Below are positions 41,057-49,369 of a stretch of 64,000 nucleotides of DNA, piece by piece. Position 1 is the stretch's first letter. Every line of letters begins with the position of its first letter. The stretch is from the NCBI GenBank assembly GCA_016192915.1, contig JACPTF010000011.1, positions 2,118 to 66,117 of the forward strand, given 5' to 3'. The stretch comes from Candidatus Woesearchaeota archaeon (GTDB lineage Archaea; Nanobdellota; Nanobdellia; Woesearchaeales; UBA10216). The notes beneath the pieces were generated by a model that had not been told where the DNA came from, made no database searches, and was given only the letters and a program-made list of their open reading frames with translations. Made by a program: the position numbers and the translations under genes.

Positions 41057-41544
41057 ATGGTTTTTGTAAGAATCAAACGGATTTCCGGAAAAGAGTATGC
41101 CTACCTGGTTGCGAACAGCTGGACAGGCTCAGGGCCAAGGCAGAAGGTGGCAGAATACCTCGGAAGGGTAATAAGGCCTGAAAAGGCAAAAAGTGAGGCT
41201 TTGCAGGCATTTCTGGAGCTTACAAGCGAACAGGATTTGCAGCAATGGATAGGGAAAAGCGGCTTCAAAGAGATAACTGCTGCTTTGATTAGATGGGAGC
41301 TGGATAACTACGGAATTGAAGATGGCACGACGGATTCCTATGCGGCCACACCGCAAAAAAACTGCTGGAATACGATGCCGCGACCGATTATTCGGGATAC
41401 AACCTGGCTGATGCCCTCACGGCAGCAGGAATAGACGCAGGGAAGGACGTGTTCATCTCCCTCTTCGGGAAGGCCCAGGGAACAGTCGGAAAGGGCAAAA
41501 AAGAAACTGCAGAAGAGGCCGCTTTCAAGGACTTCTACTACTGA
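41057..41544 (+). pseudogene. Conserved-looking hypothetical gene broken by frameshift (probable deletion) near 41326
   Basis: The N-part reads MVFVRIKRISGKEYAYLV...RQKVAEYLGRV. A second frame continues HDGFLCGHTAKKLLEY...GYNLADALTAAGI...DVFISLFGK...KDFYY* to 41544. Confidence 0.6.
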
Positions 41545-42689
41545 ATTTCAAGCGTAATCTGGCCAGTTTTCTCGTCGATGGACTTCACGATTTTGTTGCT
41601 GCTGAAGTACCCCCTAAGCTGCTCTGGCGTGAATGTCTTCCTGAGCGTGTTGTAGTCGTCAAGGATACCCTTGACATCCTGGTAATGCTCGTAAATAAGC
41701 TCTGCGATGCGAGTGTTTTCACCTGCTACCTTCCCCATCTCTGCAACCATTGATTCCTGCTGCGCGATAGCTATCTCAAGCTCCTTAATGCGCCGCAAGG
41801 AAGGTGATTCCCTCAACGCTGAAAAGGAGGACTCAAGCTGCCTGAGCGAGAGTGCTTCCACAGCCTCGCTGAATGAAGGGAAAGGCTTGGTTTTCGCGGC
41901 TGCGGCAGAGGCTGTCGGAAACGGAAACACCTCAACCACGCTGCCGCTGCCGTCGAGAATGGCTATTGGAGAGGGCTTCCTGGACAGCATCTGCTTAAGC
42001 GAAGAAAAAAGGCCCTGAATTTCCTGCTGCGACAGCTGCGATGGCTTTTTCGCCTTGTCAACAGCAGCTGCCAAGCAAAGCTCCTCAGCATATGCGCCAG
42101 AAAGGCCGAGGTCAACGGCCAGGGCCTTTACAACAGAGTCCTTTTCCGACGACAAAACAGCCTTCTGGAACTGCGCTTCGCTAATGGATGCGAAGTCAGC
42201 TGTTGCCGGAGGAGGCATGTAATTGAAGCCGGGCCTGATGGTGCGGTCCTTCCACGCCTGATGCTCTGCAGCAGCCAGTATTACGCCCTTGTCATCCGCA
42301 AGGATTATGTTGCCCTTGCTGAACAATTCAATGATGAGCTTAACCTGCTGTTTTCTCGACGAGAAAATCAGCTCCAATATGCGCTCGGAGCCAAGCTGAC
42401 TGACCGAGACCAGCTTTGCATTGCCAAGGTGCTGCCTGAGCATGCTGCAAAAGCCGCCTGGCTTCTCTGAAGTCGCGGGCTTTGCCGCCGAGGAGAAAAC
42501 CACAGAGGGTGCAAGGACTGCCAAGAACCACTTGCCCTCACTTGTGCTTAGCTGGATAGCTATTTCCTTGCTGCCTTTCCTGCCACTTGCCGTTGCCAGC
42601 TCATAAACCTGGCCAACCCAAGAGCCTTCAAGCTGCTTCAGCTCACTCGCCAGCGCCCTTAACTCGATTGAAGCAAGCTGGTTCCTCAT
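41538..42689 (-). CDS. NFACT/Rqc2 (FbpA-like) protein, N-terminal portion only
   Basis: FCSMLRQHLGNAKL..VSQLGSERI, LIIELFSKGNIIL, DRTIRPG..Y.PP, GLSGAYAEELC and a coiled coil. It ends at 383 aa without an NFACT-R domain. Confidence 0.85.
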   Translation of the reverse strand: MRNQLASIELRALASELKQLEGSWVGQVYELATASGRKGSKEIAIQLSTSEGKWFLAVLAPSVVFSSAAKPATSEKPGGFCSMLRQHLGNAKLVSVSQLGSERILELIFSSRKQQVKLIIELFSKGNIILADDKGVILAAAEHQAWKDRTIRPGFNYMPPPATADFASISEAQFQKAVLSSEKDSVVKALAVDLGLSGAYAEELCLAAAVDKAKKPSQLSQQEIQGLFSSLKQMLSRKPSPIAILDGSGSVVEVFPFPTASAAAAKTKPFPSFSEAVEALSLRQLESSFSALRESPSLRRIKELEIAIAQQESMVAEMGKVAGENTRIAELIYEHYQDVKGILDDYNTLRKTFTPEQLRGYFSSNKIVKSIDEKTGQITLEIQ

Positions 42690-42798
42690 TTTGCACTCAC
42701 TTTTACATTTTTAGACGAACTTTTAGTGTATGGAATGCCCATCCTGACACTGTTGAGCAAAGTATTTAAATACGTTTCCCATTGAAGAAGCTTCAAAA

Positions 42799-43440
42799 AT
42801 GGGGTTTTTTGGCTTATTCGGCTCTAAAAAGGAAAGGAGGGAAGAAAAACCCTCGACAGAGCTCTCACTTTCGCCCTTTGCAGTCATAGAAGGCAAGGTA
42901 ATATCTGCGTTCTCCAAGGTAAAGCAGGACATAACACTCATAAGCTCCTGGCTCAAGTACCTCAGGCACAAGGACCTGCTGCACGAGCAAAGGCACACCA
43001 AAACGCACAGGGAGCTTGGGGAGCACAAAGTAAGGATTGAAAGGCTGCAAGCGGAAATGGCAGAGCTCAAGGCATTCTTCAGGGAGGCAAAAGAGGCAAA
43101 AACCGCTGCCCAAACAGGTTCGTTTCCGAACCTAATCCGGACTAAATCCGAACCTAAAGCGGACCTAAAACGAACCCAGTTTGAAAACAGGGTTGTAAGC
43201 ACGCTTAGGAGCAGAAGAAAGGACTATGTTTTGAAGCAAATTCTTGAATTAGCAGCGAAAGAAACGCATTCAACAAGTGAAATAGAGCAAATTGTCGTCG
43301 GAGAAAAAGCTTTGTGCGGAAGGACCGCATTCTACGATTATTTGAGGGAGCTTAAGCACAAAAAGATGATAAGGCAGGGCGAAAATGGCGCAAAAAAAGT
43401 GATTTTGCTCGCTGAAGCCGGTTTGGAGCAGGTTCGTTAA
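42799..43440 (+). CDS. Coiled-coil / C-terminal winged-helix DNA-binding-like protein
   Basis: Amphipathic-looking N-terminus MGFFGLFGSKK, coiled coil, repeat-encoded linker, then ILEL...TSEIEQIVVGEKALCGRTAFYDYLRELKHKKMI (HTH-like). Confidence 0.7.
   Translation: MGFFGLFGSKKERREEKPSTELSLSPFAVIEGKVISAFSKVKQDITLISSWLKYLRHKDLLHEQRHTKTHRELGEHKVRIERLQAEMAELKAFFREAKEAKTAAQTGSFPNLIRTKSEPKADLKRTQFENRVVSTLRSRRKDYVLKQILELAAKETHSTSEIEQIVVGEKALCGRTAFYDYLRELKHKKMIRQGENGAKKVILLAEAGLEQVR
43115..43179 (+). repeat. 11-bp tandem repeat array A (intragenic)
   Basis: CAGGTTCGTT then TCCGAACCTAA TCCGGACTAAA TCCGAACCTAA AGCGGACCTAA AACGAACCCAG. Confidence 0.85.
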
Positions 43441-43482
43441 CGAACTAAGTCCGGACTTAATCCGAACCTAGTCCGGACCTAC
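43429..43482 (+). repeat. 11-bp tandem repeat array B (gene end/intergenic)
   Basis: CAGGTTCGTT then AACGAACTAAG TCCGGACTTAA TCCGAACCTAG TCCGGACCTAC. Confidence 0.85.
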
Positions 43483-44012
43483 ATCAGCAGCTTCTTGATT
43501 TTGGCCGCAAATGCCTTGACATCGGCTGTTTTTGCTGTTGTGGTGTTGAACGTAACAACCCTATGGCCGTTTTCCTGTGCCTCGGCAAGGCAGGTGTCAA
43601 AAATCTCGGCATCGAGGTTTTCGCGGATTTTAGCCCTACCGTAGCCCTTCTCCTGCAGGCGGTGCTGAAGGGTTTTTAGGCTGCAGCGGGTTACAAGGCA
43701 CAAATCAGCGTACTTCCCGGGCAGGAAGTGAGACAGGTGAGAGTCAAAAATGATGCCATTCTGGGCTGTTTTTGAGGCCTTAAGCGCTTTTTCCCTCACT
43801 TTTACAAGCTTCCGGGCTAATTTAGCCTCGTCTACAACGTAAGAGTGCCTTTTGGCATCGTAGCTGCCATAGAGGTGAGCCTTCTTCACGAATGAATTGA
43901 CATCAAAGTACGTATAATCCAGCAGAAGTGAGAGCTTTTTGGCGAGTGTTGTCTTGCCAGTGCCTGGAGTGCCTGTGACAATCAGGGTTACAAAGCGGGG
44001 TTTCATCTCCAA
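43479..44012 (-). CDS. Adenylate kinase, AK6/Fap7 archaeal type
   Basis: VTGTPGTGKTT P-loop, DSHLSH and L..KGY...KIRENLDAEI. Confidence 0.88.
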   Translation of the reverse strand: MEMKPRFVTLIVTGTPGTGKTTLAKKLSLLLDYTYFDVNSFVKKAHLYGSYDAKRHSYVVDEAKLARKLVKVREKALKASKTAQNGIIFDSHLSHFLPGKYADLCLVTRCSLKTLQHRLQEKGYGRAKIRENLDAEIFDTCLAEAQENGHRVVTFNTTTAKTADVKAFAAKIKKLLM

Positions 44013-44278
44013 GCCTCCTGTCTTTTAGGCACTAGGTTGAAAAGTGAGTTTAAGACGCAATTCCGCGAAGAGCGGAATGCGCAATCGGGCGCATCCCGAT
44101 TTGCGTCTTTTTCAACTGCCCCATCGGCTTCCAGAATAAGAATTGCGGCGGTTGCGTGAGGCGCATAAACTAGGCAGATGCCACCTTTAACGCCAAAATC
44201 AGCCACTATTGCTTCCACTTTGGCTGTTATGTCTATGATTTCGTCCTTTCTCGTCGTGGAAAGCCTTATCTCCTTCAT
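44003..44278 (-). pseudogene. yjbQ: Truncated YjbQ (UPF0047) with in-frame palindromic insertion
   Basis: EIIDIT..V, GICLVYAPHATAA..I.E, then EKD-[16 extra aa]-VLNSLFNLVP. The C-terminal half (H..N...H, LGTWQ, EFDGPR) is missing. Confidence 0.75.
44052..44109. repeat. Palindromic three-way-junction element
   Basis: Stem AAGACGCAA/TTGCGTCTT enclosing the hairpins TTCCGC-GAAGA-GCGGAA and ATCGGG-CGCAT-CCCGAT. Confidence 0.8.
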
Positions 44279-44311
44279 ACGCGTTGGTTAGTCAGGCTAG
44301 TATAAATTAAT

Positions 44312-44350
44312 AACTGCAATTGGAGTTGAAGTTTTGAAAGGATATAAATA
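44312..44350 (+). promoter_or_regulatory. Inverted-repeat operator followed by TATA box
   Basis: AACTGCAA-N6-TTGAAGTT (44312-33), then GATATAAATA (44341-50). It matches the site at 45405. Confidence 0.55.
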
Positions 44351-44379
44351 CTGGCAGCGGCTGCTACGGTCAGGTTAAG

Positions 44380-45072
44380 ATGGCATCAAGAAACTTTCTG
44401 CTAGTATCTTTGGAAGAGAGCAAAGCGAAGCAGCTTGCGCAGATAGTCAGCAACGATGTATGCAGGAGAATCCTTGACTATCTGGCTGCAAAGGAGAAGC
44501 ACGCGACAGAAACAGAGGTAGCAAAGGACTTAGGAATGCCTTTGTCGACAGTGCATTACAACCTCAAGCAGCTTCTTCAGAGCGGGATTGTAAAAACCGA
44601 GGAGTTTCATTACTCTGAAAAGGGCAGGGAGGTGCTGCACTACAGCCTCGCCAATAAGTACATCATTATTGCTCCAAAAGCCAGTGCTACGGAAAGCTTA
44701 GCCAATAAGCTCAGGAAGATCCTGCCGGTTGTTGGGGTAGTTGCTGCTACAGGGATTGCCATACAGCTGTTTAGCACTCTGCAGCAGGGAGCGATAGGCA
44801 GAAGCTTTGCGGCATCGTATTCTGCACAGAGAACTTTAGAGCAGGGAGTAGTCCAGAAAGCTGCAGAGGCTGTAGTTCCGCAAGCAGCAACAGCAGCATC
44901 GGCAGTCACAGAAAAGGTTGCGAATGAAACAGCAGCGCCTGCAATTAGGGAAGTGGTTGTGCAGACAGTTCAGCAGCCGGCAAACATAGCCTTGTGGTTT
45001 GCAATTGGGGCCTTATTCGCGCTGGTTGTGTACCTGATTTATGATGTTGTCAGGGAGAGAAGGCAAAAGTGA
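44380..45072 (+). CDS. ArsR-family HTH regulator with two C-terminal TM helices
   Basis: RRILDYL...TETEVAKDLGMPLSTVHYNLKQL..SGIV and YSEKGREV, plus two hydrophobic segments. Confidence 0.85.
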   Translation: MASRNFLLVSLEESKAKQLAQIVSNDVCRRILDYLAAKEKHATETEVAKDLGMPLSTVHYNLKQLLQSGIVKTEEFHYSEKGREVLHYSLANKYIIIAPKASATESLANKLRKILPVVGVVAATGIAIQLFSTLQQGAIGRSFAASYSAQRTLEQGVVQKAAEAVVPQAATAASAVTEKVANETAAPAIREVVVQTVQQPANIALWFAIGALFALVVYLIYDVVRERRQK

Positions 45073-45386
45073 TTTGCATGATTAAAAAGACCCTGGCAAT
45101 CGCAATTGCTGCAATCATAACAGTGGCTTTAGCAGCTTTATTCTGGCCGAAAGATGCAGGTGGCACTTGCGGATTCTGCCCATCGTCTCCAGCTGTTCAA
45201 AGAATAGAGCACGGATGCCTAGGCTTCAAGCACGACATAGAACCATCAAATTGCCTAGACTGCGGCATAAAAGTCCAGTGCTACGGCATTGTTACCGATG
45301 ACAAAACGTGCTATACCTACCTGAACGGCTTTAACAACACGCCAACAGAGGTACCTTGCACATCAGGCGTTAAGGGAGTCAGATAG
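45069..45386 (+). CDS. Small secreted/membrane-anchored Cys-rich protein
   Basis: N-terminal hydrophobic helix, PKDAGGTCGFCP, CLGFK, CLDCG and CYG. Confidence 0.65.
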   Translation: MICMIKKTLAIAIAAIITVALAALFWPKDAGGTCGFCPSSPAVQRIEHGCLGFKHDIEPSNCLDCGIKVQCYGIVTDDKTCYTYLNGFNNTPTEVPCTSGVKGVR

Positions 45387-45404
45387 GAAGATTTTCATTG
45401 CCAT

Positions 45405-45447
45405 AACTTCAAACCGAATTGAAGCTTACTTCTGGTTATATATAAAA
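45405..45447 (+). promoter_or_regulatory. Inverted-repeat operator followed by TATA box
   Basis: AACTTCAA-N6-TTGAAGCT (45405-26), then TTATATATAAAA (45436-47). Confidence 0.55.
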
Positions 45448-45469
45448 CGGCGTCTTACCACTGCAAAAG

Positions 45470-47692
45470 GTGACTATGATGGAAAAGAAAATCGTATCTG
45501 CAACGCTTTTGGCAATATTTGTTGTTGCTATGGTAAGCGCAGCACTATTTTTTGCCACTACAGAGAGTGATTTGGCTGAGTCAAACCAGCTGAAGAAGTT
45601 TAGCTCGTACGATGAGCTGAAGGACTTTCTTAAGACTAACAGAGAAAGGGTAAGCTACGGTTATGGCGGTTTTGGGTTTGGAAGAATCGTAACAAAGGCC
45701 CAGACATTTGCAACCGCCACAGGTGCTTTAGAATCAACGTCAGCAGCTCCAAGCGGCTCTGAAGACTACTCAGCCACGAACATACAAGTGGCTGGTGTTG
45801 ATGAGGCTGATATCGTAAAGAACGATGGCAAATACATATACGCGATAGCTGGCAATAAGCTGGTCATTGTTGATGCCTACCCTGCTGAAAACGCGAAGGT
45901 AATTTCGGAAACAGCGCTTAAAGGCTACCCGACCGAGATTTTTGTTAACAATGACAAGCTGGTTGTTTTTGCACAGGACTACAGCTACAGCACACAGCCG
46001 CTTGAGAAGACGTTTGAAGAAACAAAAGGCGTAAGTACTGCGAGCCCGACAATTGCAAGGCCTTACTCCGGAACCCTGACGCGCATAGACGTTTACGACA
46101 TAAGCAGCAGAGAAAGCCCTGTGCTGGCAAGGAGCATAGTTGTGAGCGGCAACTACTTTGATTCCAGAATGATTGAAGACTATGTTTATGCTGTTGTCAA
46201 CCAGCCGGTGTATTATGATGAACTGCAACCTCCACCATTTCCTGAAATAGCTGAAAACGGGGCTGTAAAGAAAATTGCTGCCCAAGATATCTATTATTTT
46301 GACGTTCCAGACTACAGCTACAACTACGTGAACATCATTGCTGTCAACACGCAAACTGATGAAGAGGAATACAACAGCAAAACCTTCTTGGCTGGAAGCA
46401 CGCAGAACATGTATGTTTCCTTAGGCAACATCTACGTGACTTACACAGGGAGGAACAATTTTTACGCAACAGATAGTATAATTGACCAAGTGGTTGTTCC
46501 CATACTGCCAGGGGCTGTTGGAGCTAAAATTGGCGAGATAAGGAAATCAGCTCTGGACGTTAGTGAGAAAATGCGGCAGATTTCTGAAGAGCTGAACAGT
46601 TATACCAGCAGCCTAAGCCAGGAAGAAAGAGATGAGTTTGAGAAAAAAGCTCAGCAGAGGATGATTGGCTTTGAGGAGAAGCTGGCTAAGGAAACAGAAA
46701 AAACTGTAGTGCATAAGATAGCAATAAGCGATGGGGCTATAGACTACAAAGGGCAAGGTTTGGTCCCTGGGCATGTGCTGAACCAGTTCTCAATGGACGA
46801 GCACAAAGGCTACTTCAGGATAGCCACAACAACAGGAGAGGTTTCACGGTTTGAAGGAGGGGCAAAATCGCAAAACCACATATACGTCCTTGACGAAAGC
46901 CTCAAAGTTGTTGGGTCTGTTGAGGACCTAGCTCCCGGAGAGAAGATTTACTCTGCAAGGTTTATGGGAGACAGGGCTTACATGGTCACTTTCAAGAAGG
47001 TTGACCCGCTCTTCGTGATAGACCTGAGCGAACCAACAAATCCTAAAGTTCTTGGCAAACTCAAGATACCCGGCTATTCTGACTACCTGCACCCTTATGA
47101 TGAGAACCACATAATCGGCCTGGGAAAGGAAGCTGCAGAGGCTGAAACAGAGGGGGGAAGAGAAGCAAACTTTGCATGGTACCAGGGCATAAAGATTGCC
47201 TTGTTTGACGTTTCAGACCCTGAAAATCCGAGGGAGGTTTCAAAGTACAACATTGGCGACAGGGGAACAGACTCTTACGCACTGCAGGACCACAAGGCTT
47301 TCCTGTTCAGCAGGCAGAAAAACCTGCTTGTGATCCCTATACAGCTTGCCGAGATTGATGAAAGCCGCTATTCGGGAGGAAAGTTACCGCCTAACGCCTA
47401 TGGCGACTTTGTATGGCAAGGCGCTTACGTGCTCAGCCTAGACACCGAAAACGGATTCAAGCTTAAAGGCAGGGTAACCCACCTTGACACCGAAGAAGGG
47501 GAACAGAAACTGCTAAAGAGCGGATACTACTTCCGCTCAGAATACGATGTGAAAAGAAGCCTATACATGGATGACGTGCTGTACACCTTATCAGACAGGA
47601 TGATAAAGATGAATAAGCTTGAAGACTTGGAAGAAGTCAACAGGGTAAGGCTACCAAACGGTGAAAACCAAAAAAGATTCAGAGGCGTTTAG
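45470..47692 (+). CDS. Secreted beta-propeller domain protein
   Basis: Signal/anchor, YSATNIQVAGVDEADIVKNDG, LNQFSMDEH, LAPGEKIYSARF, VTFKKVDPLFVIDL and LKIPGYSDYLHP. Confidence 0.9.
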   Translation: MTMMEKKIVSATLLAIFVVAMVSAALFFATTESDLAESNQLKKFSSYDELKDFLKTNRERVSYGYGGFGFGRIVTKAQTFATATGALESTSAAPSGSEDYSATNIQVAGVDEADIVKNDGKYIYAIAGNKLVIVDAYPAENAKVISETALKGYPTEIFVNNDKLVVFAQDYSYSTQPLEKTFEETKGVSTASPTIARPYSGTLTRIDVYDISSRESPVLARSIVVSGNYFDSRMIEDYVYAVVNQPVYYDELQPPPFPEIAENGAVKKIAAQDIYYFDVPDYSYNYVNIIAVNTQTDEEEYNSKTFLAGSTQNMYVSLGNIYVTYTGRNNFYATDSIIDQVVVPILPGAVGAKIGEIRKSALDVSEKMRQISEELNSYTSSLSQEERDEFEKKAQQRMIGFEEKLAKETEKTVVHKIAISDGAIDYKGQGLVPGHVLNQFSMDEHKGYFRIATTTGEVSRFEGGAKSQNHIYVLDESLKVVGSVEDLAPGEKIYSARFMGDRAYMVTFKKVDPLFVIDLSEPTNPKVLGKLKIPGYSDYLHPYDENHIIGLGKEAAEAETEGGREANFAWYQGIKIALFDVSDPENPREVSKYNIGDRGTDSYALQDHKAFLFSRQKNLLVIPIQLAEIDESRYSGGKLPPNAYGDFVWQGAYVLSLDTENGFKLKGRVTHLDTEEGEQKLLKSGYYFRSEYDVKRSLYMDDVLYTLSDRMIKMNKLEDLEEVNRVRLPNGENQKRFRGV

Positions 47693-47743
47693 CTAAACCA
47701 ATAAACCAAAAGAATTATAAAAATTCGAAGCCAAAACAAGAAT

Positions 47744-48079
47744 ATGAAGGCAGGCTTCACGGCTTTTGTTCTTACTCTTCTATCAGCTGTTGTAATTGTT
47801 ATTGCGGCTTGCCAGCCACTGCAACCTCAGCAGCCACAAGGGAATGAGAGCGCTGATGGCACAGAATGCAGCACTAATTCTGATTGCGGCATTGGGGGGT
47901 GTTCTGGACAGGTCTGCACAGCAGCCTCTGAGGCTACTGGGGTAATAACGACTTGCGAATACAGGGCGGAGTATGACTGCCTGAAGCTGACGAGCTGTTG
48001 GTGTGTTGAAGGCAAATGCGCCTGGAAGGAGACTGCTGACTACAAGGCATGCGTTGACATAAAAACGAAAAATATTTAA
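47744..48079 (+). CDS. Eight-cysteine-cluster domain secreted protein
   Basis: Signal peptide, then CSTNSDC..GGCSGQVC...TTCEYRAEYDCLK...C.C..GKC.W. Confidence 0.8.
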   Translation: MKAGFTAFVLTLLSAVVIVIAACQPLQPQQPQGNESADGTECSTNSDCGIGGCSGQVCTAASEATGVITTCEYRAEYDCLKLTSCWCVEGKCAWKETADYKACVDIKTKNI

Positions 48080-48104
48080 GCACGTTCATAGTAATACGAA
48101 CAGT

Positions 48105-48401
48105 ATGATTGGTATGAAAACTATAACGTCAAGGCGGATAAGGACAGTAAGCGTGAATGAGCGCGGCCAACTCGTAATACCTGAAGATATCAGAAGGGAT
48201 TTTGGGATAAAGGGGAATTCAACGCTCGTCCTGTTGGAATATAGCGAAGGGCTTGTCCTGAAAAAGGAATCTGAGGTTTTTGAGGCACTTGATAGCATCT
48301 TCTGGGAAGCGTTGTCCAAAAAAGCTCTGCAAAACGCATGGGGCAGGGAAGATGAGGTATGGGACAAGATTGCTGAGAAGAGCCTGTCGCAAAAAAAATG
48401 A
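48105..48401 (+). CDS. AbrB/MazE-family antitoxin
   Basis: VSVNERGQLVIPEDIRRDFGI and an acidic tail W.REDEVWD. Confidence 0.85.
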   Translation: MIGMKTITSRRIRTVSVNERGQLVIPEDIRRDFGIKGNSTLVLLEYSEGLVLKKESEVFEALDSIFWEALSKKALQNAWGREDEVWDKIAEKSLSQKK

Positions 48402-48742
48402 AACAGCAAGACCTCGTGTGGGTAAAGTTGCCTTTCTCAAATTTCGGCGGAAGCAAAACCAGGCCTGCGGTCGTACTGTCCAATAACAGCTATAATGGGC
48501 AAGGAAAGGACGTTGTTGTGTGCGCTGTAACATCAAAACTTGAACCTAGACCGTACAGCATCACACTCAACCAGGAAAACCTGTCAGAGGGAGTACTCCC
48601 GCTAAAAAGCCTAATCCGAACTGACAAAATCCTGCAGATTGAAAAAAGCCTCATAGAAGCGCCATTTGCAACGATTAACAACGAAACATTTGACAGGCTG
48701 GTTAACGAAGCCGTTAAGCTGCTCAAAAGAGGCAAGGAATAG
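48398..48742 (+). CDS. mazF: PemK/MazF family toxin
   Basis: QDLVWVKLPFSN..GSKTRPAVVLSNNSYN...VVVCAVTS. Confidence 0.88.
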   Translation: MKQQDLVWVKLPFSNFGGSKTRPAVVLSNNSYNGQGKDVVVCAVTSKLEPRPYSITLNQENLSEGVLPLKSLIRTDKILQIEKSLIEAPFATINNETFDRLVNEAVKLLKRGKE

Positions 48743-48744
48743 AA

Positions 48745-49221
48745 ATGGATTGTGACATGTGCGGAAGGGAGCAGGCCACTCTTAAGGCAGCTGTGGAAGG
48801 CAGCGTGCTGAGCCTGTGCGAGGGCTGCAGCAAATACGGGAAAGTTGTTGGGAAGGTTTCGGTTGCTGGTGCTGCGATGAAAAAAGAGGAAAAATCCATC
48901 GTTGCTGCCGAAGATGAAACAGAAGCAGTTGTTGCCGATTTCGGGACCCTGATAAAGCAGAAGAGGGAGGAGATTGGCAGGAAGCGGGAAGACGGCTTCA
49001 TGAGGACTGAGGACTTTGCAAAGGTGATCGGGGTGAAGGAGTCTGTACTTCACAAGATGGAGACCGGAACTTTAAAGCCGAGCGTTGAGGAAGCGAAAAG
49101 GATAGGGAGAGCCATTGGAATAAAGCTTGTGGAAAAGGCTGAGGCTGTGGAAGACATAGTGCCGCAGCCGAAGAAGGACCAGCTCACGCTTGGCGACATG
49201 ATAAAGGTAAAGAAGAAATAA
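48745..49221 (+). CDS. mbf1: Archaeal multiprotein bridging factor 1 (Zn ribbon + HTH)
   Basis: CDMCG...VEGS.L.LCEGCSKYG, HTH FAKVIGVKESVLHKMETG.LKP, and TLGDMIK. Confidence 0.9.
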   Translation: MDCDMCGREQATLKAAVEGSVLSLCEGCSKYGKVVGKVSVAGAAMKKEEKSIVAAEDETEAVVADFGTLIKQKREEIGRKREDGFMRTEDFAKVIGVKESVLHKMETGTLKPSVEEAKRIGRAIGIKLVEKAEAVEDIVPQPKKDQLTLGDMIKVKKK

Positions 49222-49229
49222 CATGTTTT

Positions 49230-49289
49230 ATGGAGCAGAACGGCTACTCAACAATAAAGGAGATGGTTGGGATAGCGCATAAGGAGTAG
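49230..49289 (+). pseudogene. Possible relic of the dihydroorotate dehydrogenase C-terminus
   Basis: (F)MEQNGYSTIKEMVGIAHKE* resembles the terminal helix of family 1 PyrD, recognised by eye only. Confidence 0.4.
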
Positions 49290-49369
49290 AGAATGGACTA
49301 ACTTAGCGGTAATTACAAATAGAAAAGCTTTAAATATAATTCGTTGTTTGCTATGGTGGGGAAAGCTGA

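Noticed and set aside
41057-41434. IS1634-like transposase
   Set aside because: Only the N-terminal motif is similar. There is no DDE domain or terminal repeats.
43115-43482. Repeat arrays as a CRISPR
   Set aside because: The units are 11 bp, contiguous and have no spacers, and no cas genes are present.
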